NCBI GenBank assembly: GCA_950054155.1
Contig: CATLOT010000004.1
Coordinates: 71,098 to 135,097, forward strand
Direction of reading: 5' to 3'
Length of the DNA stretch: 64,000 bases
From: an uncultured Bacteriovoracaceae bacterium
GTDB lineage: Bacteria; Bdellovibrionota; Bacteriovoracia; Bacteriovoracales; Bacteriovoracaceae
Numbering within the stretch: the stretch's first letter is position 1; every line of letters begins with the position of its first letter. Shown here piece after piece: positions 29,001-37,632 of the stretch. Both the position numbers and the translations under genes were made by a program. Under the pieces are notes generated by a model. It searched no databases, was not told the origin of the DNA, and saw only the letters and a program-made list of their open reading frames with translations.

Positions 29001-29140
29001 CTGCTTACGGAATAGGTGGCTATGATTCACTCCTTGCCGAGATGATGCTCACTATGGGCTGGGGCCTTGCCATTGGAACTTTTATAACTCTTCTTTTAAT
29101 TCCGGTACTTTACAGCTTTACGGCCCAAAATGAATCCTAA
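26060..29140 (+). CDS. RND efflux permease, AcrB/AcrD/AcrF (HAE1-like) family
   Basis: 1026 aa with a 12-TM, two-large-loop layout; 'GIVVDDAIIIAENI' and 'GVVINDAIVMIDK'. Confidence 0.85.
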   Translation: MKNILSYFVDRHLLTNVLFFGLIVFAIWSWTKVGKEEMPEFESNWIRVTTVYPGAPAEDVELFVTKPLEDEIKGVVGIEEITATSSVGTSSLSIVIDDDYPDKDEVVQDIKDAVLRTNLPSEVRDLPNIRQFKNSEKAILDIGIYHKEHQFLDQKAREEVQKYIISFENQLISLPEISSVERSHYRKPELQIKVRPEDLLKQQITLASIRDQIVSNNVRAPIGSLKDKGESKVTALNELEDVDSLKKVILRGNDTGASLSLNDVGSVFKGFEESTSIFKMNGHEGVFLNVKKNVATDILTAQEKVMKFIETFKKNNKDIPIEIVFMDDESYAVTNRLDIVSTNGILGFILIVIVLLIFLDAKVGFWVGMGIPFSFAFTLIIAQVAGYTVNNMTLAGIIIVLGIVVDDAIIIAENISRHREEGKPLRTAAIEGTLEVIKPITASIITTCVAFLPLLYFEGFFGKLVAYIPLIVILMLIGSLIESLFILPSHLAGKTHFLDRFAKKEGQASWFDKVEKKYAGFLETIFKIRWPILLIFICFLGGGAFLFQTKMKFVMFPREESKEVFIKIKTPHGFTRMQTAKAIGPLEDIISKDLENVVAVRSSIGLSRRGGEVKENEASILVELYPADDRETPLNTLLERWEKIAAEMSEIKNARFLRGRWGNGDGNSISLNILQNDDALRGKIAKRISQALEEMNDVTDVEIEVPILKNEYVFKIKQDKLVKYSVSPSQLTSTLRSFVEGSILYSINKGEEEVDVRLTVSDEDKRGLEVLMNQRVPNNSGNLIFLKNMVEVEEHTKPLNIKRTNFKRVTSVFANPKEGSKTTPLQIAERLEEELFPKIINEAPRTVLEWSGEIKDSRESQGEFLNSVIMVIFLIYLILIVMFDSLTKPFLVLSVVPFGLAGVAYTLVAHGMSVYGFFAAIGALGMIGVVINDAIVMIDKLDNMATMDHKPSFKEVALIAATRLRPVIVTTVTTVVGVLPTAYGIGGYDSLLAEMMLTMGWGLAIGTFITLLLIPVLYSFTAQNES

Positions 29141-29274
29141 TGTTAGGATTGTGTTAGATTTACTGTCAGAAGACCATTTTAGGCCTGTAAGTCTTATCTT
29201 CACCCTATAAAGTTGTGTAGATTTGCTCTATTCTTAGGCAATACCCAAATACCTTTATTGAGGCGAGGAACTTC

Positions 29275-30954
29275 ATGGAAGTTTTTAAAATTATCTACAC
29301 CGTTCTCGGTGGTCTCGGCGTTTTCTTTTACGGCATGAAATCGATGTCTGAAGCCCTTCAGTCTGTGGCAGGAGATGTCATTAAAAATATTATTCACACT
29401 CTTACCAAGAATAGGGTTTCTGCTCTCTTAGTTGGTATTGTGGTGACCATGCTGGTGCAGTCCTCTTCTGTGACGACGGTTATGGTAGTTGGGTTTGTGA
29501 ATGCTGGTCTCATGAGTTTGGTTCAGGCCATTGGTATTGTCTTTGGGGCTAATATTGGTACAACGATCACGGGCTGGATTATTTCCATTAAAATTGGAAA
29601 ATACGGTCTTCTCTTTATTGGTCTAGGCATTTTCCCAATGCTCTTTGGAAAGAGTAATAAGCTTCGCCAAATCGGTCGCATCATGTTTGGAATTGGCATG
29701 ATTTTCTTTGGTCTTGAGCTCATGAGCGGAGCATTTAAACCACTGAGAACAATGCCGGAGTTTATCGATGCTGTCGCTTACTTCTCACAGCCAAACTACT
29801 TTAGCTACTTTGCCTGTGTTGTGGTGGGTTGTATTCTTACCGTGATTGTTCAGTCCTCATCGGCGATGCTTGGGATTACGATGGCCTTGGCAACGAGTGG
29901 GGCGATTGAATTTCAAACAGCTGCAGCTCTCGTCCTGGGTGAAAATATTGGAACGACTATCACAGCGCTTCTTGCCTCGGTTGGCGGTAATATCGAAGCA
30001 AAGCGGACAGCAAGGGCCCATGCGATTTTTAATGTTTTAGGTGTCGCCATCATTTTTGTGATTTTTCCTTTTTATGTAAATTTCATTGATTATATTGTGC
30101 CTGGAGATCCTGCCTTCAGAAATGAAGCAGGTGAGTTTACAAAGATAGCCGTTCACATTGCAACTGGCCATACCATCTTTAACGTCACTGCAGCCCTATG
30201 TTTTCTTCCCTTTTTGAAGTCTCTCGCAGCACTCGTGACTCGCATAACACCTGACCTTCAAAAGAAAGAACAGCATCAGCTCAAGTTTCTTGGTGATCCC
30301 TCTAATATCGTGCCGGCAACCGCTCTTGCTCAGGCCCTCGAAGAGTCTTATAAAATGAAAGATATCGTTCACAGAGCATTCACACTCACTGAGAAGTTGA
30401 TGAAGGGTGAGCTTAAGAAGGAAGAGGCGAATGAGGCCATCGCTAAGATTCAGCACTATGAGCAAGCTTGTGATAATATCCAAAAAGAAATTACTGTTTT
30501 CATGCTTAAGTTATCGGAGCGTCCTTTGACGACCAAAGAAAGTGCGGATGCTCATGCGATTACCCACATTGCAGATGAGTTTGAGTCCATTAGTGACTAT
30601 CTTCGTAATTTAGCAAATTTTAGTCGTCGTATGCCTCTTGAGGTTCTTCTTGATGAAGAAGCAGGCGCTGACTTCTTTTCATTCTTTCATGCAGTAAAGG
30701 ATTACTTTGACCAAATAACCAATGCTTTCATTGATTCCCAGCCAATTGATATTAACGAGTGCTATGCAACGTCTCAGAAGTTGAAGAAAGAGGCCAATAT
30801 CATTCGTGGACGCCACTTAGAGAGGGTAGGAGAAGGGCGTTATGAGCCTATGACGGCCTTGACTTACTCTGACCTTATCGTGTCATTAAGAAAGATTCGA
30901 AGTCATACCGAGAACTTAGGAGAGGATTACAACCGAATTCTCACGGTAAAGTAG
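29275..30954 (+). CDS. Na+/phosphate cotransporter family protein (NptA/YjbB type) with PhoU-like C-terminal domain
   Basis: 'GGLGVFFYGMKSMSEALQ', duplicated 'QSSSVTT.../QSSSAML...' repeats and 'GANIGTTITGW'. The helical C-terminal half is PhoU-like. Confidence 0.8.
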   Translation: MEVFKIIYTVLGGLGVFFYGMKSMSEALQSVAGDVIKNIIHTLTKNRVSALLVGIVVTMLVQSSSVTTVMVVGFVNAGLMSLVQAIGIVFGANIGTTITGWIISIKIGKYGLLFIGLGIFPMLFGKSNKLRQIGRIMFGIGMIFFGLELMSGAFKPLRTMPEFIDAVAYFSQPNYFSYFACVVVGCILTVIVQSSSAMLGITMALATSGAIEFQTAAALVLGENIGTTITALLASVGGNIEAKRTARAHAIFNVLGVAIIFVIFPFYVNFIDYIVPGDPAFRNEAGEFTKIAVHIATGHTIFNVTAALCFLPFLKSLAALVTRITPDLQKKEQHQLKFLGDPSNIVPATALAQALEESYKMKDIVHRAFTLTEKLMKGELKKEEANEAIAKIQHYEQACDNIQKEITVFMLKLSERPLTTKESADAHAITHIADEFESISDYLRNLANFSRRMPLEVLLDEEAGADFFSFFHAVKDYFDQITNAFIDSQPIDINECYATSQKLKKEANIIRGRHLERVGEGRYEPMTALTYSDLIVSLRKIRSHTENLGEDYNRILTVK

Positions 30955-30965
30955 GTAATACCGAA

Positions 30966-31000
30966 TCAGAGAGGAGAGTCCTACGGTTATCCTCTCTCTT
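30966..31000 (+). terminator. Weak hairpin/terminator candidate after the Na/Pi gene
   Basis: 'GAGAGGA' (30969..30975) pairs with 'TCCTCTC' (30990..30996), followed by a T-rich 'TCTTT'. The loop is long (14 nt). Confidence 0.35.
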
Positions 31001-31178
31001 TGGCTATCATAGTCAAATGACAAAAAACACAACCAAACTAAAGAAGTCCAACACCACCTCTAAGAACTCCCTCAAAAAGGATGCAAAGACGAAGAAGCAA
31101 GCATACGCTGACTATCGTCCGCTTAAGCACCTTCGTAAGTCCCTCGACAGAGACTACACCCTAAGTAAACTCTAGTTC

Positions 31179-32360
31179 TTAAGAGAACTTTTTAATCACT
31201 ACATTTATTCCATAAGCAATAAAGAAGAGAAATGAACTCCACAGCGTAATCTTGTGGAATACTTTATTTCTAAAGGGCTCTACGATCTCCTTCTTTCTAA
31301 AAAGAAAGATCAAACTTAGTGCACATAGGGGTATTGCAAGTGCTCCTGTCACGGCGTAGAGCAGCTGAATGGATTGAAACTTTAGCCCTATCGTTGTTAA
31401 TGAGGCCAAGCTTATGAAGGCCAAAAACTGACGATAGGGTTTTGACGTTTTTAAATCCTGTTGGCCGTGATCATCAATAAGTCTAATATCGGCAAAGAGG
31501 TAGGGAACGGACTGCCACACTCCAAGCAGACTTGAAAAAACCCCACAGAAGAAACCAACCTTAAAGAACTGAGCGGCAAAAGGTCCGATCTGACTCGCAA
31601 AGAGAGAAGCAATTTGTTCGATGAAAACATCTCCACTCTTACTGACCTCAGGTAGACGACTGCCAATAACCATCATGGCACAACTAAAGAGTCCTGTTAA
31701 AAGATAGCTCACTTTAAGATCAAGGCGACTGACTCTTAATCCTTCTTCACCACTTCTTTGGTTCTCAATGAGCCAATATCCATAGCAGACGATAGTGAGA
31801 GTTCCCCCAACACCACCGATAAGTCCGAGAAACCAGGGAGAGCTAAATTGAAAGCGACTAAAGTTCATAAGGGCTGCAGGACTTTCAATAAGGAAGAAGG
31901 ATGTTCCGATAACGGCGATAAACATGACGCCAATAAGGACGGCCATTAATTTTTCGAATATTTCAAAGCGGGCTGACCATACGAGGCAAAAAGCGAGTCC
32001 ACTGAAGAAGAAGCTAAGGGCTGTCTTAGAGAGGGGGACAAAGAGCATCGCTGCGCTACTTGTTGCATTGAGAAGAGCTCCTCCAACAGTATAGGCCCAG
32101 ATGAAGAGATAGAAGTAGAACACGTATTTAAAGGGAGCACCGAGCTCTTTCATCCAGCCGTGAATGAGGGGTTTCCCTGTCGCAAACTGATAGCGTGCGA
32201 TACCCTCTGTAAGGATATACTTTAAGAAGGCTCCAATAAGAGGAAGAATGATAAGGGGGCCTAAGTTGTTACCGGCAAGAGCACCCGTAATAAGGTCTCC
32301 AGCACCAACACCTGTCGCAGCAACGAGAAGACCAGGGAGGATAATTGTCAAATTTCTCAT
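31179..32360 (-). CDS. NRAMP-related divalent metal cation transporter
   Basis: About 11 TM helices and N-terminal 'LPGLLVAATGVGAGDLITGALAG', typical of the bacterial NRAMP-related (COG1914) subgroup. Confidence 0.55.
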   Translation of the reverse strand: MRNLTIILPGLLVAATGVGAGDLITGALAGNNLGPLIILPLIGAFLKYILTEGIARYQFATGKPLIHGWMKELGAPFKYVFYFYLFIWAYTVGGALLNATSSAAMLFVPLSKTALSFFFSGLAFCLVWSARFEIFEKLMAVLIGVMFIAVIGTSFFLIESPAALMNFSRFQFSSPWFLGLIGGVGGTLTIVCYGYWLIENQRSGEEGLRVSRLDLKVSYLLTGLFSCAMMVIGSRLPEVSKSGDVFIEQIASLFASQIGPFAAQFFKVGFFCGVFSSLLGVWQSVPYLFADIRLIDDHGQQDLKTSKPYRQFLAFISLASLTTIGLKFQSIQLLYAVTGALAIPLCALSLIFLFRKKEIVEPFRNKVFHKITLWSSFLFFIAYGINVVIKKFS

Positions 32361-32397
32361 GATACTATCCTATGTAAATTCATGGTAAATTAGAAGA

Positions 32398-32790
32398 ATG
32401 AAAAATTACGATGTGATTTATTTTGATGGTCTTTGTAACCTCTGCGACGGTTTTATCTCCTTTATCATCGGGCTTAATCCCCCTAAGAATATGAAAGTCA
32501 CAAGTTTACAAGGAGAGTATGCAGCAGGTCATCTTGAGGAGTCACACCGCCTTAATCTTTCAAGTGTTATTTATCAGCGTAAGGGGCAGATCTTAAGAGA
32601 GTCGACAGCGGTTCTTTGGGTTCTCTCTGATCTTAAATGGTACTTTAAACCTCTCCTTATTTTCCTTATTCTTCCTCGCTTTTTCAGGGATGGTATTTAT
32701 AAGGGAATTGCTAATAATCGCTATCGGCTTTTTGGTAAAAAGGATACTTGTCGTCTTCCCACTCCTGAAGAAAGAGAGACCTTTCTGTGA
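32398..32790 (+). CDS. Thiol-disulfide oxidoreductase DCC family protein (DUF393)
   Basis: 'VIYFDGLCNLCDGFISFI' (the DCC CxxC motif) and a C-terminal 'YKGIANNRYRLFGK'. Confidence 0.7.
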   Translation: MKNYDVIYFDGLCNLCDGFISFIIGLNPPKNMKVTSLQGEYAAGHLEESHRLNLSSVIYQRKGQILRESTAVLWVLSDLKWYFKPLLIFLILPRFFRDGIYKGIANNRYRLFGKKDTCRLPTPEERETFL

Positions 32791-34217
32791 TTGATCTCGC
32801 CATCGTTTTTCTCTACCTTCTTGTCATCTTCCTTGTTGCCTTCTTATCGCGAAGAAGTGAAGTCGAAGGCCACCAAAGTGATGAGGATATTGTGAATGAA
32901 CAGTACCTTGCTGGTCGTAGCTTGAGTTTGATTGAAAGTATGGGGAGTATTATTGCGACAGAGGTTTCTGCCTTAACATTCATTGGCATACCGGCATTTG
33001 CTTTTACAAAAGACTTCTCCTTTCTTCACTTCTATATAGGAGCGATCTTTGGTCGTCTGTTGATTGCAAAGTACATCATCCCTAAAATTTACGGAAAGGG
33101 ACTGACTCTTTATGCCATCATGGGGAGCCGCGACTCTAGTGAAAATGGCATGCGCTTTAGTGCACTAATCTATAGTGTGAGTAAGCTTCTTGCTGTAGGG
33201 GTCCGTTTGTATGCGGGCTCAATCCTTGTCGCAGAGTACTTTAATGTATCAATTTATTTTGCCCTGATTCTTATTACCGCTTTGACTTTCGCTTATACTC
33301 TCATCGGCGGACTCAAAGCTGTGGTGAGGACTGACCTTTTACAAACTCTGCTCTTTGTGGGGGGAGGGCTCATTGCTCATTTCTTGATTCCGGATATCTC
33401 AGGTCACCCTTGGACGGAACTCTATAGTATTGCAAAGAATGATGGCCACACATGGATCCTTTCATGGGATAAAATTAGTCTCTTCCTCATTGGTGTGAGT
33501 GGTGGAGTTCTCTTTGATATGTGCACTCATGGAGTAGATCAAGACTTTACCCAACGTCTTATGGGAGCGAAGAGTGAGAGAGTTGCAAAATTCTCTATTT
33601 TCTTTTCAAGCTTTTTCTCAATTGGTGTAGGATTTCTCTTTCTTTCTATTGGTGCTCTTTTATATGGGCATTATCAGCTCCATCCGCTTCCCATCGGTGC
33701 TGAGGGCGATAAGGTCTTTGCTCACTTTATAACTAATTACTTTCCCTCTCCTTTAAAAGGTTTAATGCTAGCAGGAGTTCTTGCGGCAACCATGAGTACT
33801 CTAGATTCCACGATAAATGCCCTTTCAAGTGTTCTTTGGAGTGAGATTTGGCCTCATCGCGATGTTCACAAAATTAAAACCTATCTTAAAATTGATACTC
33901 TGATCATTTCTTTAGCCCTCTTAGCGATTGCCTTTCTCGCAAGTACTTCTGAAGGAGTTCTTGTCTTGGGGTTAAAAGTAGCGAGTTGGTCTGGGGGAGC
34001 TTTAGCCGCTCTCTTCTTTAGTCAGCTGATTTGGCCGAATATGATGAAGGTCCGACTCGATGGGACAAGTGTTATCGTCGCTTATCTTGGAAATCTAGCC
34101 CTTCTCGTCGTCAATACTTACGTCATTGAAGGGCCTTGGCAGTGGAATGTCTATTGGGGTATGATTGGCGCGAGTTTAGCTCTCTTTATTAGAAAAGCTT
34201 TTTTAAAAACTTCTTAG
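32787..34217 (+). CDS. Sodium:solute symporter (SSS) family transporter
   Basis: GTGA overlap with the DCC gene, 13-14 TM helices, and 'YLAGRSLS' near the N-terminus, typical of the SSS family. Confidence 0.7.
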   Translation: MIDLAIVFLYLLVIFLVAFLSRRSEVEGHQSDEDIVNEQYLAGRSLSLIESMGSIIATEVSALTFIGIPAFAFTKDFSFLHFYIGAIFGRLLIAKYIIPKIYGKGLTLYAIMGSRDSSENGMRFSALIYSVSKLLAVGVRLYAGSILVAEYFNVSIYFALILITALTFAYTLIGGLKAVVRTDLLQTLLFVGGGLIAHFLIPDISGHPWTELYSIAKNDGHTWILSWDKISLFLIGVSGGVLFDMCTHGVDQDFTQRLMGAKSERVAKFSIFFSSFFSIGVGFLFLSIGALLYGHYQLHPLPIGAEGDKVFAHFITNYFPSPLKGLMLAGVLAATMSTLDSTINALSSVLWSEIWPHRDVHKIKTYLKIDTLIISLALLAIAFLASTSEGVLVLGLKVASWSGGALAALFFSQLIWPNMMKVRLDGTSVIVAYLGNLALLVVNTYVIEGPWQWNVYWGMIGASLALFIRKAFLKTS

Positions 34218-36075
34218 CCTTATTCTTAATTTTATCAGTATTCTTTTTGACCGAGTCTTTTTGCTGACCCTTGATTTTATTTAAGGCCTCTTTTGACTCT
34301 CTCTTAATTTTCTCTTCTTCGGCCTTGAGCTGACTCTTTAATTTATTTTTAAGCTTATCAACCTGACCTTTGTATTTTTCTTTTAAAGGCCCTATTTTGG
34401 CTTGAAGTTTATTCTTAAGATCTTGCTCCGCTTTTTTGAGTTGGTTACTCATTTCCTTCTTCAGTCCAGAGGCAAGTTCTTTTGCAAGGTTTGAGCGAAA
34501 CTTCCATTTGAGTTCTTCCCATTTTCCTTGGGCTGAGGCAGACATGGTCACTTCTCTCATGGAGCTAAGGCTATTGGTGACAATCTCTTTGACAAGTTTC
34601 TTTGGCGAATCAACAGAGAAACTGGGGTCTTTAAGTGAGCTTGAAAGAGTGACCTGGATGAGATCATCTTTCTTTTTGCCTTGTAAGTTTAGAGAACCTG
34701 GTTGCTCAAGAAGCTTTAGGGTAAGGTCTTTAGATTTACTTAATTTTTTCTCAGGAAAGGGGAAGCTTCCAACAGCGAGTTGAAAGTCTTGTGATGCTTC
34801 TTTCTTATGGTGGTTAAGGTTTCCATTGAGATCAAGAGCAAAGAGCTTTTGATTTGGAAAATCTCCTTTAAGAGAGAAACTAATGGGTTTACCGGTAATT
34901 CTTGGGGAGTTTGTGATATCTGTAATGACACCTTCAAGATCTCCAGAGTACTTTGATTGATTGGCTTGAGAGCTCACGAGGATCTTTTTTATCCATAGCT
35001 TTGGATTTTCACCTACCTTTTCAAAAGTAATCGTTTCTCCTTCCCCTCTTTTTCTGGGAACAAGAGTCTCTTGGGGTCTTTCCGACTTTGGCGGTGGCAT
35101 ATACTCTTTCGCTATTTCAGAGTATTTCCTGAGGGTTGTAACATTTGCCCCAAAGGCTTTACCGAAGAGAGAAAGAGCGATCTTCTCAGGATCAAGTGAG
35201 GGGACTCCGGCCATTTGCTGAAGGTTATTCATATCCTCTTCAATCCATTGATCAATATTTTTGACCTCTTTATCAAGATTCTTAATGTCATCTCTTAGCC
35301 TGCGAATTTCTCTTTCATAGGTTTTGTAGGTTGAACTCGTTTTTTGGATGAGTTTATTAGCTTTACTTAAGCTGCCAATAGGGTCGCGTTTATTCCACTT
35401 ATATGACTTAATCTCGTTATTAAGTTCTTTGAGATTCGCTGTTTTCTTGAGCTCTTTGAGTTTATTATCGTAATAGGTCTCTTTATTTTTAAGATCAGCT
35501 TCGAGCTCTTTAATCTTCTTTTCTGTTTTGAGTTCACTCTTTATATCTTTGAGTTCTGTTTTAATGTCATTACCTGCAAGAACATTGGCCACATTTCCGA
35601 GAGCATTGCCTTCAAGATTTTCTTGGGCGACTTCAAGAGCAGTATTCTCTATGGCCTTAAGGCGAGGATTTTGGCTTTGATCTTTGGGATATACCTTTCC
35701 CGGGCGTTTTCTTTGACTATGCCATTGAATATTTTTAATTTCACCGGTGTCGACAATAAACTTGGCCTTAAGAAGTTCAGCGACATCGAGCTTAAAGGTA
35801 ATGTCACCAAGGCTTACGAGATTGCGCTCTGGTTTATCTTTATCTGTAATCTGTATTCCCGTGATACGCAGTTTTCCGTTTAAGAAAGAGGAATTAACAC
35901 TGCTTATGTTGATCTCTGCACCGTAGAAGTATTCTCCGGTCCAAATCATCGTTTGACGGAGATGACCATCTAGCCAGAAGTGAGCATAGAGTGAGATAAG
36001 CCCACAAAAGAGGAGCGCTGGAATAACTGCTCCCCAGCGAATAGGGCCTTTTTTCTTATCCGTAGAGGCTGTCAT
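34189..36075 (-). CDS. AsmA-like / TIGR03545-like membrane-anchored protein with long Lys-rich coiled coils
   Basis: I chose the start at internal ATG 36075 (MTASTDKKKGPIRWGAVIPALLF...), a 20-bp overlap with the upstream gene rather than the 185 bp implied by the listed ORF. N-terminal TM anchor followed by a beta-rich then coiled-coil region. Confidence 0.55.
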   Translation of the reverse strand: MTASTDKKKGPIRWGAVIPALLFCGLISLYAHFWLDGHLRQTMIWTGEYFYGAEINISSVNSSFLNGKLRITGIQITDKDKPERNLVSLGDITFKLDVAELLKAKFIVDTGEIKNIQWHSQRKRPGKVYPKDQSQNPRLKAIENTALEVAQENLEGNALGNVANVLAGNDIKTELKDIKSELKTEKKIKELEADLKNKETYYDNKLKELKKTANLKELNNEIKSYKWNKRDPIGSLSKANKLIQKTSSTYKTYEREIRRLRDDIKNLDKEVKNIDQWIEEDMNNLQQMAGVPSLDPEKIALSLFGKAFGANVTTLRKYSEIAKEYMPPPKSERPQETLVPRKRGEGETITFEKVGENPKLWIKKILVSSQANQSKYSGDLEGVITDITNSPRITGKPISFSLKGDFPNQKLFALDLNGNLNHHKKEASQDFQLAVGSFPFPEKKLSKSKDLTLKLLEQPGSLNLQGKKKDDLIQVTLSSSLKDPSFSVDSPKKLVKEIVTNSLSSMREVTMSASAQGKWEELKWKFRSNLAKELASGLKKEMSNQLKKAEQDLKNKLQAKIGPLKEKYKGQVDKLKNKLKSQLKAEEEKIKRESKEALNKIKGQQKDSVKKNTDKIKNKAKKFLKKLF

Positions 36076-36580
36076 ACTTATAATACCATTTGTAGAGGGA
36101 AGTCGCTTTAATAAATTTCCAAACCTTAGTGTCCTTAAAACGGGCCACAACGGTGTCGCGGTACTTTTGGATAAGGATACGGCTAAGAATAAAAACAAAG
36201 GGGCTAAGGATAAGAGAGACAAGTCCTGCACCCATGACAATTGAATTATTAAAAAGAGTCAGAGGAATGAGAGGCATATTAAAAAGCTTCGTCCAAAGAG
36301 GAACAAGGGATTCATTTTGAAGAAGACTCAACCCGACACTATGAAAGAGGGGATCAAAAACAAAGGCTATAAAAGCAAAGAAGAACGAACTCACAAACAT
36401 CGCCCCTAATTGAACACGAAAAAAGAAGGCGATTAAGATAATGAGGATGCCCTGAAGGCTGAGAAGGGGCGACATGCCGAGGATAAAACCCAGGGAAATT
36501 CCTGCACTCAGTGAGGTCAGGCCCGTGTCTGAATTGAGAAGTTTGAGCAAATTAAAGATCTGCTTAAGTATTAAGGTCAT
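36056..36580 (-). CDS. DUF2062 / TIGR03546-like small membrane protein
   Basis: 'SLSAGISLGFILGMSPLLSLQGILIILIAFFFRVQLGA' is the DUF2062 pattern. Paired with the downstream AsmA-like gene. Confidence 0.55.
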   Translation of the reverse strand: MTLILKQIFNLLKLLNSDTGLTSLSAGISLGFILGMSPLLSLQGILIILIAFFFRVQLGAMFVSSFFFAFIAFVFDPLFHSVGLSLLQNESLVPLWTKLFNMPLIPLTLFNNSIVMGAGLVSLILSPFVFILSRILIQKYRDTVVARFKDTKVWKFIKATSLYKWYYKYDSLYG

Positions 36581-36585
36581 AAAAA

Positions 36586-36612
36586 AAGGCCTCCTGGAGG
36601 CCTTATTTTAGA
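36586..36612 (-). terminator. Strong rho-independent terminator for the PAS-wHTH gene; its 3' arm contains the AGGAGG preceding the next gene
   Basis: The minus strand reads 'AAGGCCTCCAGGAGGCCTTTTTTTATG': a 7-bp GC-rich stem, a 5-nt loop and a T7 run that abuts the ATG at 36580. Confidence 0.7.
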
Positions 36613-36633
36613 AGATGTCATCTAGAGTTGCAA

Positions 36634-37320
36634 TTATCCTAAGAGTTCGAATTTGTTGAGGATTTTCCAACGTCCTTTACCAGCTGTTTTAAGAGTGTAA
36701 GCTGAGCCCTTAATTTTCTTTCTGAGATTTGAAATATGGACATTAATAGTCTGATCCTGAACGACAATATTGCCGTAAAGATGCGAGTAGAGCTCTGCTT
36801 TTGTCACACATTCCCCCTCGCGTGAGAGGAGGAATGAAAAGATTTGAAGTTCCGTTTCCGTAAAGTCCTCAATGAGCTGGTCTTTTGTTTTAAGACCACC
36901 TTGCGGATTTGCTTTTTCCATTAATTCAGTAATGTTTTGACCTACAGAAAAAATGAGTCCTTGGGGTGAGATTCTACTAGACCATTGAATCCAGACCGTA
37001 CGATTGCTCTTTGTAATATAGCGGTTAGTATAATTAACTGAGCGCTTGGCACCCTCAACACGGGCTGTGAGACCGAGTGTAATGGCCATAGAGTCTTTGA
37101 GATCGTCTGGATGGATAAGATTGAAGTAGGACAGGCTTGAGAGTTCTTCGTAAGAATAGCCTAAGAGATCGGCCCAATTACGGCTAAACTTGTAGAGCTG
37201 GTCTGAGCCATTTGTAATAACGAAGAAGCTTCCTGGCATCATAAAGAATTGTTCTTTCTCATCGTTATTAAATTTGAGTAGGCTTAGCGGAGAGTCGAAT
37301 TCCTGCTTTGTTGTAATCAT
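36634..37320 (-). CDS. PAS domain + OmpR/PhoB-type winged-helix DNA-binding regulator (no receiver domain)
   Basis: PAS-like 'FSRNWADLLGYSYEELSSLSYFNLIHPDDL' and C-terminal 'VTKAELYSHLYGN...TINVHISNLRKKI...TLKTAGKGRWKI'. Confidence 0.65.
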   Translation of the reverse strand: MITTKQEFDSPLSLLKFNNDEKEQFFMMPGSFFVITNGSDQLYKFSRNWADLLGYSYEELSSLSYFNLIHPDDLKDSMAITLGLTARVEGAKRSVNYTNRYITKSNRTVWIQWSSRISPQGLIFSVGQNITELMEKANPQGGLKTKDQLIEDFTETELQIFSFLLSREGECVTKAELYSHLYGNIVVQDQTINVHISNLRKKIKGSAYTLKTAGKGRWKILNKFELLG

Positions 37321-37467
37321 CTTTTCATCCTGGTCATTCTTACTTTATTTGGTCATCACATCTTTAAAATAATTTTGTTTGAAAAGTTATATCACGAATT
37401 TTAAACGTGAAAACGGTAGGTTAGGGTAAAGTTTTTATGACTTTTCTAAACATTAGGTGTCCCTCTC

Positions 37468-37508
37468 CTTAAGAATCACTTATTATTAAAGAGTTAGACA
37501 TTCTTAAG
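37468..37508. repeat. 9-bp perfect inverted repeat CTTAAGAAT-N23-ATTCTTAAG in the 312-bp divergent intergenic region
   Basis: Read directly (37468..37476 and 37500..37508). Confidence 0.4.
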
Positions 37509-37632
37509 ATAAGTAAAAGACGTCGGTTTTATTATTCTTATAGAGAATATTTCCGGTTTAAAATCGTATTTTGGAAGAAAACTTTATAACTGTAAGAACA
37601 GGAAAATTTGAGTGCATTAAAGGAGAAATAGG

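Noticed and set aside
29141-29274. Pho box upstream of the Na/Pi cotransporter gene
   Set aside because: Only a single 'CTGTCA' half-site (in TTACTGTCAGAA) is present, without the tandem 11-bp-spaced repeat expected of a PhoB box.
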